DNA from: Nitrospirota bacterium
Lineage (GTDB): Bacteria; Nitrospirota; Thermodesulfovibrionia; Thermodesulfovibrionales; JdFR-85
DNA length: 64,000 bases
Reading direction: 5' to 3'
Assembly: GCA_015484595.1 (NCBI GenBank)
Contig: WFMM01000152.1
Coordinates: 3,842-67,841, forward strand
A program made the translations under genes and the position numbers. Shown in pieces: positions 10,986 through 20,309 of the stretch. The number at the start of each line of letters is the position of its first letter. Position 1 is the stretch's first letter. Below the pieces are notes generated by a model that worked only from the letters and a program-made list of their open reading frames with translations, did no database searches and was not told the DNA's origin.

Positions 10986-12008
10986 ATGAATGGAAAATCA
11001 AGAAAATACACCCTGCTCAGTCTTATATTACTCACAGCAGCACTGTCTTTAGTCTCATGCGTTGAGATAAAGAAGTCCCGGCCTATCTTAAAGATCAAGG
11101 AATACGAGCGTCTGATTGCAGGCAGGCTTGATGCCCAGTATGTTGGCACAAGGGCATGTCTTAGTGCCTGTCATGCCCACGACGACATAAAAAGGGCCTT
11201 TGACGCAAGCACCATGGGTGCACAGATGAAAGGGAACACTCAAATGCCGATGGTTGATTGTGAGTCCTGTCACGGCCCAGGCAGCCTTGCCATAAAGGGG
11301 ATTACAAAAGAGCTTGTTGAAGAAAACAAAAAAAGAGGAATTAAAACAACCTGTAATTACAAGACCCTGATAGACATTAAAAACCTCCCTGCCCCTGCAA
11401 AGAGCCTTATCTGTCTTAAGTGTCACACTGCAAATGCCACCTTTAACCTTCACGAATGGAACACGGGCATACACGCAATTAACGATGTCTCCTGTCCTGA
11501 TTGCCACAACATACACGGAGGGCCCGACCTTAAGGTAAAGCCCGTTGATACTGCAGAGATGTGTTTTAAGTGTCATCAGGACATCAAGGCTTACTACAAC
11601 ATGCCAAACCACCATCCCGTGCTTGAAAAAAAGGTCTTCTGTACAGACTGCCACAATCCTCACGGAACTACGACAGAGCATCTCCTTAAAAGAGAGACCG
11701 TCAGGCAGACCTGCACACAGTGTCATGGAGAAAAACAGGGCCCCTATCTTTACGAGCACGGTGACCTGACCGAGGAATGCACCACCTGTCATCTGCCGCA
11801 CGGCTCACCCAACAACAACCTTCTTAAGGTCAGAGAGCCCTTTCTCTGCCTTGAATGCCACGAGACCCATCCAGTAAATACCATCACAGGAGAGACCATC
11901 TCTGCTGAAACGAAACAGTACTTCTTTACCCGATGCACTGACTGCCATAGTGCAATTCACGGAACAGACACACCCTCCCCTTCAGGTAAAGGGAGGTTCA
12001 TACAGTGA
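10986..12008 (+). CDS. Decaheme c-type cytochrome lipoprotein, MtrA/DmsE/PioA-like
   Basis: The signal peptide carries the lipobox LVSC. There are nine CXXCH motifs plus one CX3CH (CLSACH). The paired-CXXCH pattern CH.PHG..N.LL....C..CH is present, as is the C-terminal CTDCHSAIHGTDTPSPSGK. Confidence 0.8.
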   Translation: MNGKSRKYTLLSLILLTAALSLVSCVEIKKSRPILKIKEYERLIAGRLDAQYVGTRACLSACHAHDDIKRAFDASTMGAQMKGNTQMPMVDCESCHGPGSLAIKGITKELVEENKKRGIKTTCNYKTLIDIKNLPAPAKSLICLKCHTANATFNLHEWNTGIHAINDVSCPDCHNIHGGPDLKVKPVDTAEMCFKCHQDIKAYYNMPNHHPVLEKKVFCTDCHNPHGTTTEHLLKRETVRQTCTQCHGEKQGPYLYEHGDLTEECTTCHLPHGSPNNNLLKVREPFLCLECHETHPVNTITGETISAETKQYFFTRCTDCHSAIHGTDTPSPSGKGRFIQ

Positions 12009-13942
12009 GGAAGGCCCTGAGGGTTATAAGCACACTTCTAATTTTCTTCTCCTTCGGATTTGTTGCAAGTGCAAAAGAACTGAAACTCCCCACTTACCCG
12101 CCAACATACAGGTTAAGCATCGGGACAAGTCTTAAACATCTTAGTGGAAACCCAAGGGTATCTGAGTACGAGGATATAAGCGACAACATCTACCTATTTA
12201 CAGACACGGCACTCTATCCACTGCCCCACAGGTTTCACCTCTTTGGACACTTCCTCGGTGAACGAGACTACTTTGTTGACACTGGTTATGCCTACAAAGA
12301 CATACTTCTTTCCCGGGTGGTTTCAGTGGGTTTTGTGCATCACACAGACCACTATCCGTATAACTTTAAAGCTCCTTCACCGGTGGAGCTTTATGAAGAC
12401 AGAAACATAGGGGAAGACTACATGCAGAAGGTGCGAAAGACCAGGATGAAGTTAAGGCTTAAATGGCCTGGCTACCCCTATCACCTGTTCCTTGGTTACC
12501 TCAATTACCACCAAACAGGCACTGAGCAGCAGAGGTTTCTTATAGGCTACTTTGGAGATATGAAAAAGGTATCCCAGACGAGGAAGATGACCAAGGATAC
12601 AAAAGAAGTGGTGATTGGGACCAACGGTAATCTTGGCCCGATTGAGATCGAATACAGCCACACAGAAAAGCGATTTGACTCATCAGGGGACACCATCCTC
12701 CGGGATAACTACCCTGAAATTAACATACCACCTATAATCTCAAGACCTGCCGACAACTTTCCACACAACATCTATCCTGACTTTAAAGGTCATGGAGATG
12801 CACTGAAGATACACACCTCATACACGGGCCAGATAGTGGCCTCCTATTCCTTGAAGGGAAATGTGATTAGAAACCTCTACAGTGGAGTTAAAAGAAAGAC
12901 CCTTCGTTCCTCTGCAACCTTTCAATACATGCCCTTTCACGCTTTTTCATTCTTTTTAAGGATGTATTATCTGGATTTGGAGGAATCAAACAGCGATTAC
13001 ACGGTGTTAAGGGGTTTTTCAAACCAGATAAGATACGATGTCAGAAAGTCCATAGATGTAAAGGAAAGAGGACTTCATCTGTCAGCACGCTTAAGGCCCC
13101 TGAAGGAGTTAACCCTGATTCCCTCTTACAGCATAAAGGTAAAGGACAGAACTGACACCGATGGATGGATTTTGGCTAACGGGAATACAACCTCCCAAAC
13201 CTATGAACTCAGGATGCTTTCATCACCTTTAAGAAGGCTTAAGATAAGAGCAGGCTACAGCCATATTCACACCCAGAATCCCCTTTATAACTTTGTACCA
13301 GAGGACAGAGACAGGTTAAAGCTCTATCTATCTTACCTGACCTCACCCCTTCTACAGCTTACACTTTCATATTCATTCACTCATGACAAAAGGGGCAACA
13401 CCAGCTATTATGACCACTTTTCTGAAACCTTCTACAATGGCAAAGACAGAAAGGGCACGCGCCACTTTGTTTTACTGAGTGCGTCATCATCCCCTATTTG
13501 TTCGCTAAACATTACGGCATCAGTGGGTTATTACCGATTAAAAGAGGTCTCAACCTTGACATTTAAACAGCTAAAGGGTGATGGCACTCCTGTATTCGTC
13601 TCTCCCTTTATGGAGCACTCTGTGCCTTATAAAGACAGGGCTATCACATACATGCTGGACATCTTTAGAAAGATTAACCAGAGGTGGGATGTCTCACTAT
13701 CTCTGTCAACCACACACTCAAAGGGATACTTCAGGACATCCACCCAGCCACTTTCGGGGCTTGGTGGGCTTTCAAAAATTGACAACCGTGACAGCTCTTT
13801 AAGGCTGAGCTCCAATTATAAGGTGTTAAAGGATACTTCCATAGGAGTTGAGTTGCTTTACGAATCTTACAAAGACAAAATCAACCCCGACCTTGACGGC
13901 AGGTTATACAGAGGGCTGATAAAGATAACAAAAAATCTTTAG
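12005..13942 (+). CDS. Predicted outer-membrane beta-barrel, MtrB/PioB-like partner of the decaheme
   Basis: 645 aa with the signal peptide ...FGFVASA/KE. It is rich in Tyr/Ser/Thr/Arg with alternating-hydrophobic strand patterns (SLSLSTTHSKGYF, IGVELLYESYKD). Its GTG start overlaps the cytochrome stop (GTGA). Confidence 0.6.
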   Translation: MRKALRVISTLLIFFSFGFVASAKELKLPTYPPTYRLSIGTSLKHLSGNPRVSEYEDISDNIYLFTDTALYPLPHRFHLFGHFLGERDYFVDTGYAYKDILLSRVVSVGFVHHTDHYPYNFKAPSPVELYEDRNIGEDYMQKVRKTRMKLRLKWPGYPYHLFLGYLNYHQTGTEQQRFLIGYFGDMKKVSQTRKMTKDTKEVVIGTNGNLGPIEIEYSHTEKRFDSSGDTILRDNYPEINIPPIISRPADNFPHNIYPDFKGHGDALKIHTSYTGQIVASYSLKGNVIRNLYSGVKRKTLRSSATFQYMPFHAFSFFLRMYYLDLEESNSDYTVLRGFSNQIRYDVRKSIDVKERGLHLSARLRPLKELTLIPSYSIKVKDRTDTDGWILANGNTTSQTYELRMLSSPLRRLKIRAGYSHIHTQNPLYNFVPEDRDRLKLYLSYLTSPLLQLTLSYSFTHDKRGNTSYYDHFSETFYNGKDRKGTRHFVLLSASSSPICSLNITASVGYYRLKEVSTLTFKQLKGDGTPVFVSPFMEHSVPYKDRAITYMLDIFRKINQRWDVSLSLSTTHSKGYFRTSTQPLSGLGGLSKIDNRDSSLRLSSNYKVLKDTSIGVELLYESYKDKINPDLDGRLYRGLIKITKNL

Positions 13943-13956
13943 GGGGCAGAAATTTT

Positions 13957-14895
13957 TTGCGAGTCCTGAAGACCACATTGATGCTGGTTGTTGTTTTTGG
14001 GTTTATTCTTTGCACACCTTTAAAGGATTATCCCAAGAGGGTTATCCGGGTGGGTGTGGTATTTTCCGCAGACATCCCCTACTACAGGGCACTTCACAGG
14101 AGATTTCTTAAGGTTATAAAGGAGAAACTTCCTGGAACAGAGATTGAGTTTTTAGTTCAGAAACCAAACCCCGACCCCCTGGCTTGGACTAATGCCGTAA
14201 GAAAGCTACTGGTTTACGACTCAGAGATAATAGTGGTTTACGGCTCTGGGGCCCTGAAGGCAGCACTTCAGGAGGTTTCCGATACGCCAGTGGTCTTTGC
14301 GGGTACCTTTAATACCAGTGAGCTAACCCAAAGGGGCAAAAGAAACCTTGGTGGCATCTTTTACAAAATAAACATCAACAGCATTATGAGGTATATGAAA
14401 AAGCTAAAAAAGCCAGGCCATGTTGACATACTCTTTTCAGAAATAGAGCCCTCTTCGCAGGAGGAGGCAAAAGCACTGATGAAACAGTGCATGGAGTTTA
14501 GATTTGACTGCTCCCTTCACGGGGTAAGTAACTATGACGAACTTACATACTATGCCGCAGGCGTTGATGCTGACTCGGTTTTCGTAGCTGAAAGTGGCCT
14601 GATCGCAAAGTACCTGTCTGAGTTTCACAAAGGATTTCTCAAAAAAAGGATTCCCCTTGTAACCACCATGCCTGGCCTTGAAGATATGTCTGTCTTTTCC
14701 CTTGAGCCTGACATAAAACACGAAGCCGATGGCCTTGCAGAGTTACTGGCAAAGACAGTTAAAAACAAAGGAAAAACAGGTGGTGTTATGACCATAAGAA
14801 AGACGAGACTCGTATTTAACATGGGCCTTGCAAAAAAATTACAGACAAACATACCCATTGAGCTTATATCCTATGCTGACGAGGTAATAAAATGA
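13957..14895 (+). CDS. Periplasmic ABC_sub_bind-like binding protein (TTG start)
   Basis: It has a signal peptide. The pattern RVGVVFSADIPYY...IIVVYGSGALKAA...TPVVFAG resembles the PF04392-type layout. Confidence 0.5.
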   Translation: MRVLKTTLMLVVVFGFILCTPLKDYPKRVIRVGVVFSADIPYYRALHRRFLKVIKEKLPGTEIEFLVQKPNPDPLAWTNAVRKLLVYDSEIIVVYGSGALKAALQEVSDTPVVFAGTFNTSELTQRGKRNLGGIFYKININSIMRYMKKLKKPGHVDILFSEIEPSSQEEAKALMKQCMEFRFDCSLHGVSNYDELTYYAAGVDADSVFVAESGLIAKYLSEFHKGFLKKRIPLVTTMPGLEDMSVFSLEPDIKHEADGLAELLAKTVKNKGKTGGVMTIRKTRLVFNMGLAKKLQTNIPIELISYADEVIK

Positions 14896-15785
14896 AGAGG
14901 TTTATATTGATAATAGTTTTATCATCAATGCTGATACAGAACGCCTATGCAGAAAAGGAACAGCCCCTTCTTATAGGGTTAATACCAGAGCAGAACATAT
15001 TTAAACAGTTTGAGCTTTACCTTCCCCTTGCGAGTTATCTCAGCAAAAAAACCGGCATAAAGGTAAAGTTTACCATCCTTAGCAGGTATGGAGACATAAT
15101 TGACAGATTCATACAGCGGGGGCTTGCAGGTGCTTTCTTTGGGGACCTGACAGGAGCGATAGCCATAAAAAAGTTATCAGTAGAGCCAGCCGTAACTCCT
15201 ATAACTATCTATGGCTCAAGCACATCCTATGGCTTTATAGTGGTTAGAAAGGACTCTGGTATAACCAAGGTCGAGGACATGCGAGGCAAGATTATGGCCT
15301 TCGTTGACAAGGCAAGTGTGGCAGGCTATCTATTTCCCATTGCCTATCTAAAACGGCATGGGGTCAATGATTACAAAAAATTCTTCAGCGAATATTACTT
15401 CACCGGTGGCTTTGATGCATCTCTTTATGATGTGGTGGACGGAAGAGCCGATATAGGTTGTGTTAAAAACACGGTATTAAATGAGATAATTCGCAAAGAG
15501 CCCTCTGTGATCAAAGAGATAAAGATAATCGCCCAATCCCCACCAATGCCGACAAATGTATTGTGTCTCAGCAAGTCTTTAGAGCCTGAAGTGAAGTCAA
15601 AGATCATAAATGTCTTGCTTGACATGGCAAACGACCCCTTTGGTAAGAACATCCTTAAAAACATGAAGTTCAAAAGGTTTATAAGGGCCTACGAGGATAA
15701 CTTTATGCCGGTCTATCGTTTGTTAGAGGGAATTAAGGAGACACCCGAAACATATAACTACAGGATAGATGATGAGTTAAAATGA
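14892..15785 (+). CDS. PhnD-like periplasmic substrate-binding protein
   Basis: It has a signal peptide (..NAYA/EK). The pattern LLIGLIPEQN...YGFIVVRKDSGI...ASVAGYLFP is the PhnD family layout. It overlaps the previous gene by 4 nt. Confidence 0.7.
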   Translation: MKRFILIIVLSSMLIQNAYAEKEQPLLIGLIPEQNIFKQFELYLPLASYLSKKTGIKVKFTILSRYGDIIDRFIQRGLAGAFFGDLTGAIAIKKLSVEPAVTPITIYGSSTSYGFIVVRKDSGITKVEDMRGKIMAFVDKASVAGYLFPIAYLKRHGVNDYKKFFSEYYFTGGFDASLYDVVDGRADIGCVKNTVLNEIIRKEPSVIKEIKIIAQSPPMPTNVLCLSKSLEPEVKSKIINVLLDMANDPFGKNILKNMKFKRFIRAYEDNFMPVYRLLEGIKETPETYNYRIDDELK

Positions 15786-15797
15786 GGTTTTAAGGGC

Positions 15798-17777
15798 ATG
15801 TTAAAGCGGATTGTGAAAAATCTTTTCGTACTATTTCTTCTGTTCAGTATCGGTGGAGGGGTTGCCATATACTCTCTTTCAAGGGTAACAAGAGAGTTAG
15901 AGACTCTTATAAAACTACACAGAGTGGAGATAATCAGACAAAACCTTATCATAAACCTCAAGACCGTCCAGAGCAATCTCTTTACCCTTGGCACCACCTT
16001 TGGTCCTGAACTGGATGTTATAGTAAAGAATGTTATATCCCTTAACGCTGCTATTAACAGATGCTCTGGGTGCCATCATTCTGAAGAGATTGCCTCGAAG
16101 CTGCGAAACCTGAAAAACCTCATAGAGGATTACAAAGGCGCAATCAGCGTCTTTATAACCACCACTGCAAACCCTCAAAGGGTTAGGCGATTGAAACAGG
16201 CAGCCGTTGATATTGGAGAAATCCTCCTTACAAAGGCACAGGAGATGACCTACATTGCCCATAAGAGACTGCAGCAACGGACTCAAAAGGCACTTAAGGA
16301 AGTGGGGATAATCCGTTACATCCTGTTTTTTAGCCTCCTTGGCACGATGATGATGGGATTTGTCGTTGCAAAAGGACTTACTACCGAGATAGTTACACCT
16401 CTGAAGAAGCTCTCTGAAGCAGCACGGAAACTAAAATCAGGCGTGCTCGGCTATACAGTAAAAATTCAAGATCATACAGAGCTTGGAGAGCTTGCCAATG
16501 CATTTAACGACATGAGTTTATCTATAAAGAAGGGACACGAACAAACACTCAGTTACATGCAGAAGCTAAAGGGACTCCACAACCTTGCCCTATCACTTCA
16601 CATGGTATCAAGGGAATCGGACATCTACAACGAGTTGATACAGGGGCTTTCCGAGATAATCGCTGCCAGAGAATATCTGCTTTACCTTAAGTCAGACAAT
16701 CAGTTTGAAGTGGTAGCATCTCTTGAAAACACTGACAATGTTATGAGATTTAAGGGCAGTTTCCCTGAGGAAACCATCAACAGACTCTTTGACGAAAGCG
16801 GAAAAAGGGCAGTTGTCTCTTACAGGGAAGACCACATATCCCATGCATTGCTGCCTGATGAGCTAAAAGGGTATGAAAGTCTCTGTATAATGTGGATTAC
16901 CGAAAGGAATAATCTACAGGGTTTTCTGCTCATAGCTGATGTTGAAAAAAGCGAGATTACTGAAGATGACATCAGACTTCTAAGCATAATCGTAAATAAC
17001 TTTTCAGTTGCCATGGAAAACATTCGTCTGTACAAAGACCTGATGGTGCAGATGCAGCGACTGAAAGAGGCTCAGGAACAGCTCGTTCAGGCAGCCAAGC
17101 TTGCAGCCATTGGAGAGCTTGCAGCAAATATAGCCCACGAAATAAACAATCCCCTTACCACGATACTTGGCTATACGGAGTTACTGAAGGAGGAGGAAGA
17201 CATCGAGGGAATAAAGAGGGACCTTGAAATAATTGAAAGTGAATCATTGAGGGCAAGAGAGATAGTGCAGCAGCTCCTTGAGTTTTCAAGGAAGCGTCCT
17301 CTTAAAATCGAACCTGTTAACATTGAGGCCCTCCTTGACGACATAAAAAAACTCGTTCTTCCCAAGATGAGAGAAAAACAGATAAAACTCATAGAGGAAA
17401 AATCCCACATACCTGTTATCGAGGGAGACAGGAATCAGCTAAAACAGGTATTTCTGAACCTTATTAACAATGCACTTCAGGCAATGCAAAACAAGGGCAC
17501 ACTGAAGATATCAACCGGTGAAAAGGATGGTTTCGTGTTTATAGAGATAACCGACAATGGCATAGGGATACCTGACGATGTCCTTCCAAGGATATTTGAG
17601 CCCTTCTTTACCACGAAGAAGGAACGGGGAACTGGCCTTGGTCTTCCCATAAGCTACAGGATCGTGGAAAACCACGGCGGAAGGATAGAGGTAAAAAGCA
17701 GGTTAAACATAGGAACAACCTTCAGGGTTTACCTGCCCACTGAGGTTCCAAGTGAGAAGAAGACCCTGAAGGTCTAA
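15798..17777 (+). CDS. Sensor histidine kinase (TM, periplasmic domain with CXXCH, TM, HAMP, GAF-like, HisKA, HATPase)
   Basis: The H-box is IAHEINNPLT, and the N/G boxes are NLINNALQAM and DNGIGIP...GTGLGL. The periplasmic loop contains NRCSGCHH (nt 16062-16076). Confidence 0.85.
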   Translation: MLKRIVKNLFVLFLLFSIGGGVAIYSLSRVTRELETLIKLHRVEIIRQNLIINLKTVQSNLFTLGTTFGPELDVIVKNVISLNAAINRCSGCHHSEEIASKLRNLKNLIEDYKGAISVFITTTANPQRVRRLKQAAVDIGEILLTKAQEMTYIAHKRLQQRTQKALKEVGIIRYILFFSLLGTMMMGFVVAKGLTTEIVTPLKKLSEAARKLKSGVLGYTVKIQDHTELGELANAFNDMSLSIKKGHEQTLSYMQKLKGLHNLALSLHMVSRESDIYNELIQGLSEIIAAREYLLYLKSDNQFEVVASLENTDNVMRFKGSFPEETINRLFDESGKRAVVSYREDHISHALLPDELKGYESLCIMWITERNNLQGFLLIADVEKSEITEDDIRLLSIIVNNFSVAMENIRLYKDLMVQMQRLKEAQEQLVQAAKLAAIGELAANIAHEINNPLTTILGYTELLKEEEDIEGIKRDLEIIESESLRAREIVQQLLEFSRKRPLKIEPVNIEALLDDIKKLVLPKMREKQIKLIEEKSHIPVIEGDRNQLKQVFLNLINNALQAMQNKGTLKISTGEKDGFVFIEITDNGIGIPDDVLPRIFEPFFTTKKERGTGLGLPISYRIVENHGGRIEVKSRLNIGTTFRVYLPTEVPSEKKTLKV

Positions 17778-18433
17778 ACCTTTTTAACGAATATCTCCTT
17801 TGCAATGTCAGGGTCAAGGGCTACGGTTGTTTCTTCTACCTGAACAACCACGGAAGGCCACTTCTGTAAAAGCTTTATCTTTGAGCCAGCATTTATTCCT
17901 ATTGAGTTTAGCCTGTTTAGCCTTGAAGAGTCTGAAGGCACTATGTAGACGATACGCCCTTCCTTTCCAACCTCAAAATCATTCAGTCTCATAACAAGTG
18001 GCCTTATATCAACGCTGTATCTCTTACAGCATTCCCCTCGTGGGATTGGTTTTCCGTGAGGACAGGTTGGGGGGTGACCCAGGAATGTGCAGACGCTGTC
18101 AGTTAACTCCTCACTGAGTATGTGCTCAAGCTTGCAGGCATCCTCGTGGATGAACTCCTCCTTCATATCAAACACATCTGCAAAGAGCCTCTCGGCAAGC
18201 CTGTGTCTCCTGACTATCCCCTTAGCAATCTCTCTGCCCTCAGGTGTGAGTTTTATACTGTCGCCTGAGACCTCTACAAAACCCCTCTTTTGTAATCTGC
18301 TAACTACCGCCTCTATCTCATCATCGTCAGAGTAGCCATAAAGACGCTGAAGCCCGCTTTTTCCCTCCTCCTCTAAAAGCCAGATAAGCTCCAGAGCCTC
18401 CTCTAACCTCTCTTCGTCAAAACTCTTGTGCAT
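17774..18433 (-). CDS. DtxR/MntR-family metal-dependent regulator with C-terminal FeoA (SH3-like) domain
   Basis: 219 aa. The segment RRHRLAERLF...CKLEH...CPHGKPIP matches DtxR metal-site residues, and the tail is FeoA-like (FEVGKEGRIVYI). Confidence 0.8.
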   Translation of the reverse strand: MHKSFDEERLEEALELIWLLEEEGKSGLQRLYGYSDDDEIEAVVSRLQKRGFVEVSGDSIKLTPEGREIAKGIVRRHRLAERLFADVFDMKEEFIHEDACKLEHILSEELTDSVCTFLGHPPTCPHGKPIPRGECCKRYSVDIRPLVMRLNDFEVGKEGRIVYIVPSDSSRLNRLNSIGINAGSKIKLLQKWPSVVVQVEETTVALDPDIAKEIFVKKV

Positions 18434-18471
18434 TTTATAGTTTAAAAATTCTCCACCGATGAAAGCAAATT

Positions 18472-18552
18472 GCGTTAATAGCGTTTATTGAGTTAAATGA
18501 GTTTGTTGGGGGTGGGTGTGTAGTTAGTGTTGAGTTTTGAGTGTTGAGTTAA
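18472..18552. repeat. Degenerate 9-bp tandem array (GCGTTWATN decaying to GAGTT units)
   Basis: The array reads gcgttaata|gcgtttatt|gagttaaat|gagtttgtt|gggggtggg|tgtgtagtt|agtgttgag|ttttgagtg|ttgagttaa. Confidence 0.7.
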
Positions 18553-18592
18553 GGTTTTTTACTAAGCACTAAAAACTATGCACTCAAAACTA

Positions 18593-18616
18593 ATAACTAC
18601 CCCCTACACCCTATCC
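18593..18616 (-). repeat. 7-bp TAGGGNN tandem array, read on the minus strand, flush with the recJ stop
   Basis: The minus strand reads TAA|GGA|TAGGGTG|TAGGGGG|TAGTTAT. Confidence 0.7.
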
Positions 18617-20302
18617 TTAACCAGCTGGTCTCAGGGTCTTCAGTTTTAGTTGAAGGAACCTTCCTCCTTCCCACTCATTCACCTGTGGACAGAACACGGC
18701 ATCCACCCTGCCACAATCTGCCACCTGCATAAATCTTTCAGCCATGTCAAACCCAATGGCGTCAAGCACCACATTCTGGTCTCTTAAAGACATCTTCAGG
18801 TGATTATTCCCCACAACCCTTGCGTTTAGAACCTCGAGACCCTTTGCACCAAACAGGGGGTCAGGATTTCCAGCACCAAAGGGCTCAAGCCTTTCGAGCT
18901 CACTTATCAGCTCAAAGCTTACATCCCTGAACCTTACCTGTGCATCTATGGTAAGGGTGGGCACGAGGTCGTCATCGGTTAGCATTGATGCCACTGTCTC
19001 ATTTATCCTTTCTTCAAACTCTGAAAGCCTCTGTGCCTTCAGTTTCAGCCCTGCGGCCTGCTTATGTCCACCAAAGGCATCAAGCAGGTCTGCACACCTG
19101 CTGATTGCATCGTAGAGGTCTAATGGCGGGATACTTCTTGCAGAGCCCTTTGCATGGCCGTCGGCTATGTTAAACACAAAGGCAGGTCTGTAAAACTGCT
19201 CGGCAAGCCTTGCTGCCACTATCCCCACCACTCCTTCGTGCCAGTCCTGCCTTGCACAGACAATGGCAAAATCGAATCCTCTGTGCTCCACATCCTCCCG
19301 TGCCTCGTTGAGCACCTCTTCCTCGATCTGCTGTCTTCTGAGATTAAGCTCATTGAGCCTTGATGCTATCTCAAGGGCCTCATCGTAATCAGTGGTGGTA
19401 AGCATCCTTATCACATCTCTTGCATGGTCAATCCTGCCAGAGGCATTTATCCTCGGGATAAGGGTAAAGCCAAGAAGCCCTGCGGTGATGCTTCCAGCCC
19501 TGAGCCCTGAGACCTCTGTAAGTGCACGAATACCAGGTCTTTCTGCAGAGTTTATAAGCCTCAGTCCCTCTTTAACCACAATCCTTGCCTCATCCACAAG
19601 GGGTATTATGTCTGCAACCGTGCCAAGCGTTACAAGGTCGAGCATGGGGATTAGCTTCTCTCTTCCGAGCAGTGCCTCGGCGAGTTTAAATGAAACCATC
19701 ACGCCTGACATGGCAGGCATGTCAGGCTGAAGCCTTGGATTAATCACCACATCTGCCTCTGGCAAAAGGGGTGCACCCTGCTCAGTGCGTTTTGGTTCGT
19801 GATGGTCGGTTACGATTACACCGATACCCTCAGCTCGGGCCTGCTTTATGGTATCAAAGGAGGTGATGCCACAGTCCACGGTGATTATTAGGGAGGCTGA
19901 AATCTCCTTTGCAAAGGAAAGTCCGCCCATGCCAAAGCCGTAGCCATCGGAGAACCTGTCAGGGATGTAGTAGTGCACATCTGCACCAAGCTCGCTGAGG
20001 GTGGTTAAGAGAACAGAAGTGGCAGTGGTGCCATCGGTGTCGTAATCACCATGAATAAGGATTCTCTTTCCACTGGATATGGCTGAAAAGATAATCTCCC
20101 TTGCCTCTTTAATGCCCTTTAGCCTGAAGGGGTCTGAAAGGCTGTCTATGTCAGGTGAGAGGAACAGCCTTACTGCCTCTGGGGTCTTGATACCACGGTT
20201 TATGAGTATCTGAGCCAGAGGGGTGGTTATCCCTGCAGCAGAAGAAAGATACCTTATGTACTCAGGGTTTGTCCTCTGAACAAACCATCTACGCTCTGGC
20301 AT
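18617..20302 (-). CDS. recJ: Single-stranded-DNA-specific exonuclease RecJ
   Basis: 561 aa with DHH-family motifs (HGDYDTDG, VTDHH, GGHKQAAG). Confidence 0.92.
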   Translation of the reverse strand: MPERRWFVQRTNPEYIRYLSSAAGITTPLAQILINRGIKTPEAVRLFLSPDIDSLSDPFRLKGIKEAREIIFSAISSGKRILIHGDYDTDGTTATSVLLTTLSELGADVHYYIPDRFSDGYGFGMGGLSFAKEISASLIITVDCGITSFDTIKQARAEGIGVIVTDHHEPKRTEQGAPLLPEADVVINPRLQPDMPAMSGVMVSFKLAEALLGREKLIPMLDLVTLGTVADIIPLVDEARIVVKEGLRLINSAERPGIRALTEVSGLRAGSITAGLLGFTLIPRINASGRIDHARDVIRMLTTTDYDEALEIASRLNELNLRRQQIEEEVLNEAREDVEHRGFDFAIVCARQDWHEGVVGIVAARLAEQFYRPAFVFNIADGHAKGSARSIPPLDLYDAISRCADLLDAFGGHKQAAGLKLKAQRLSEFEERINETVASMLTDDDLVPTLTIDAQVRFRDVSFELISELERLEPFGAGNPDPLFGAKGLEVLNARVVGNNHLKMSLRDQNVVLDAIGFDMAERFMQVADCGRVDAVFCPQVNEWEGGRFLQLKLKTLRPAG

Positions 20303-20309
20303 AAAGAGA

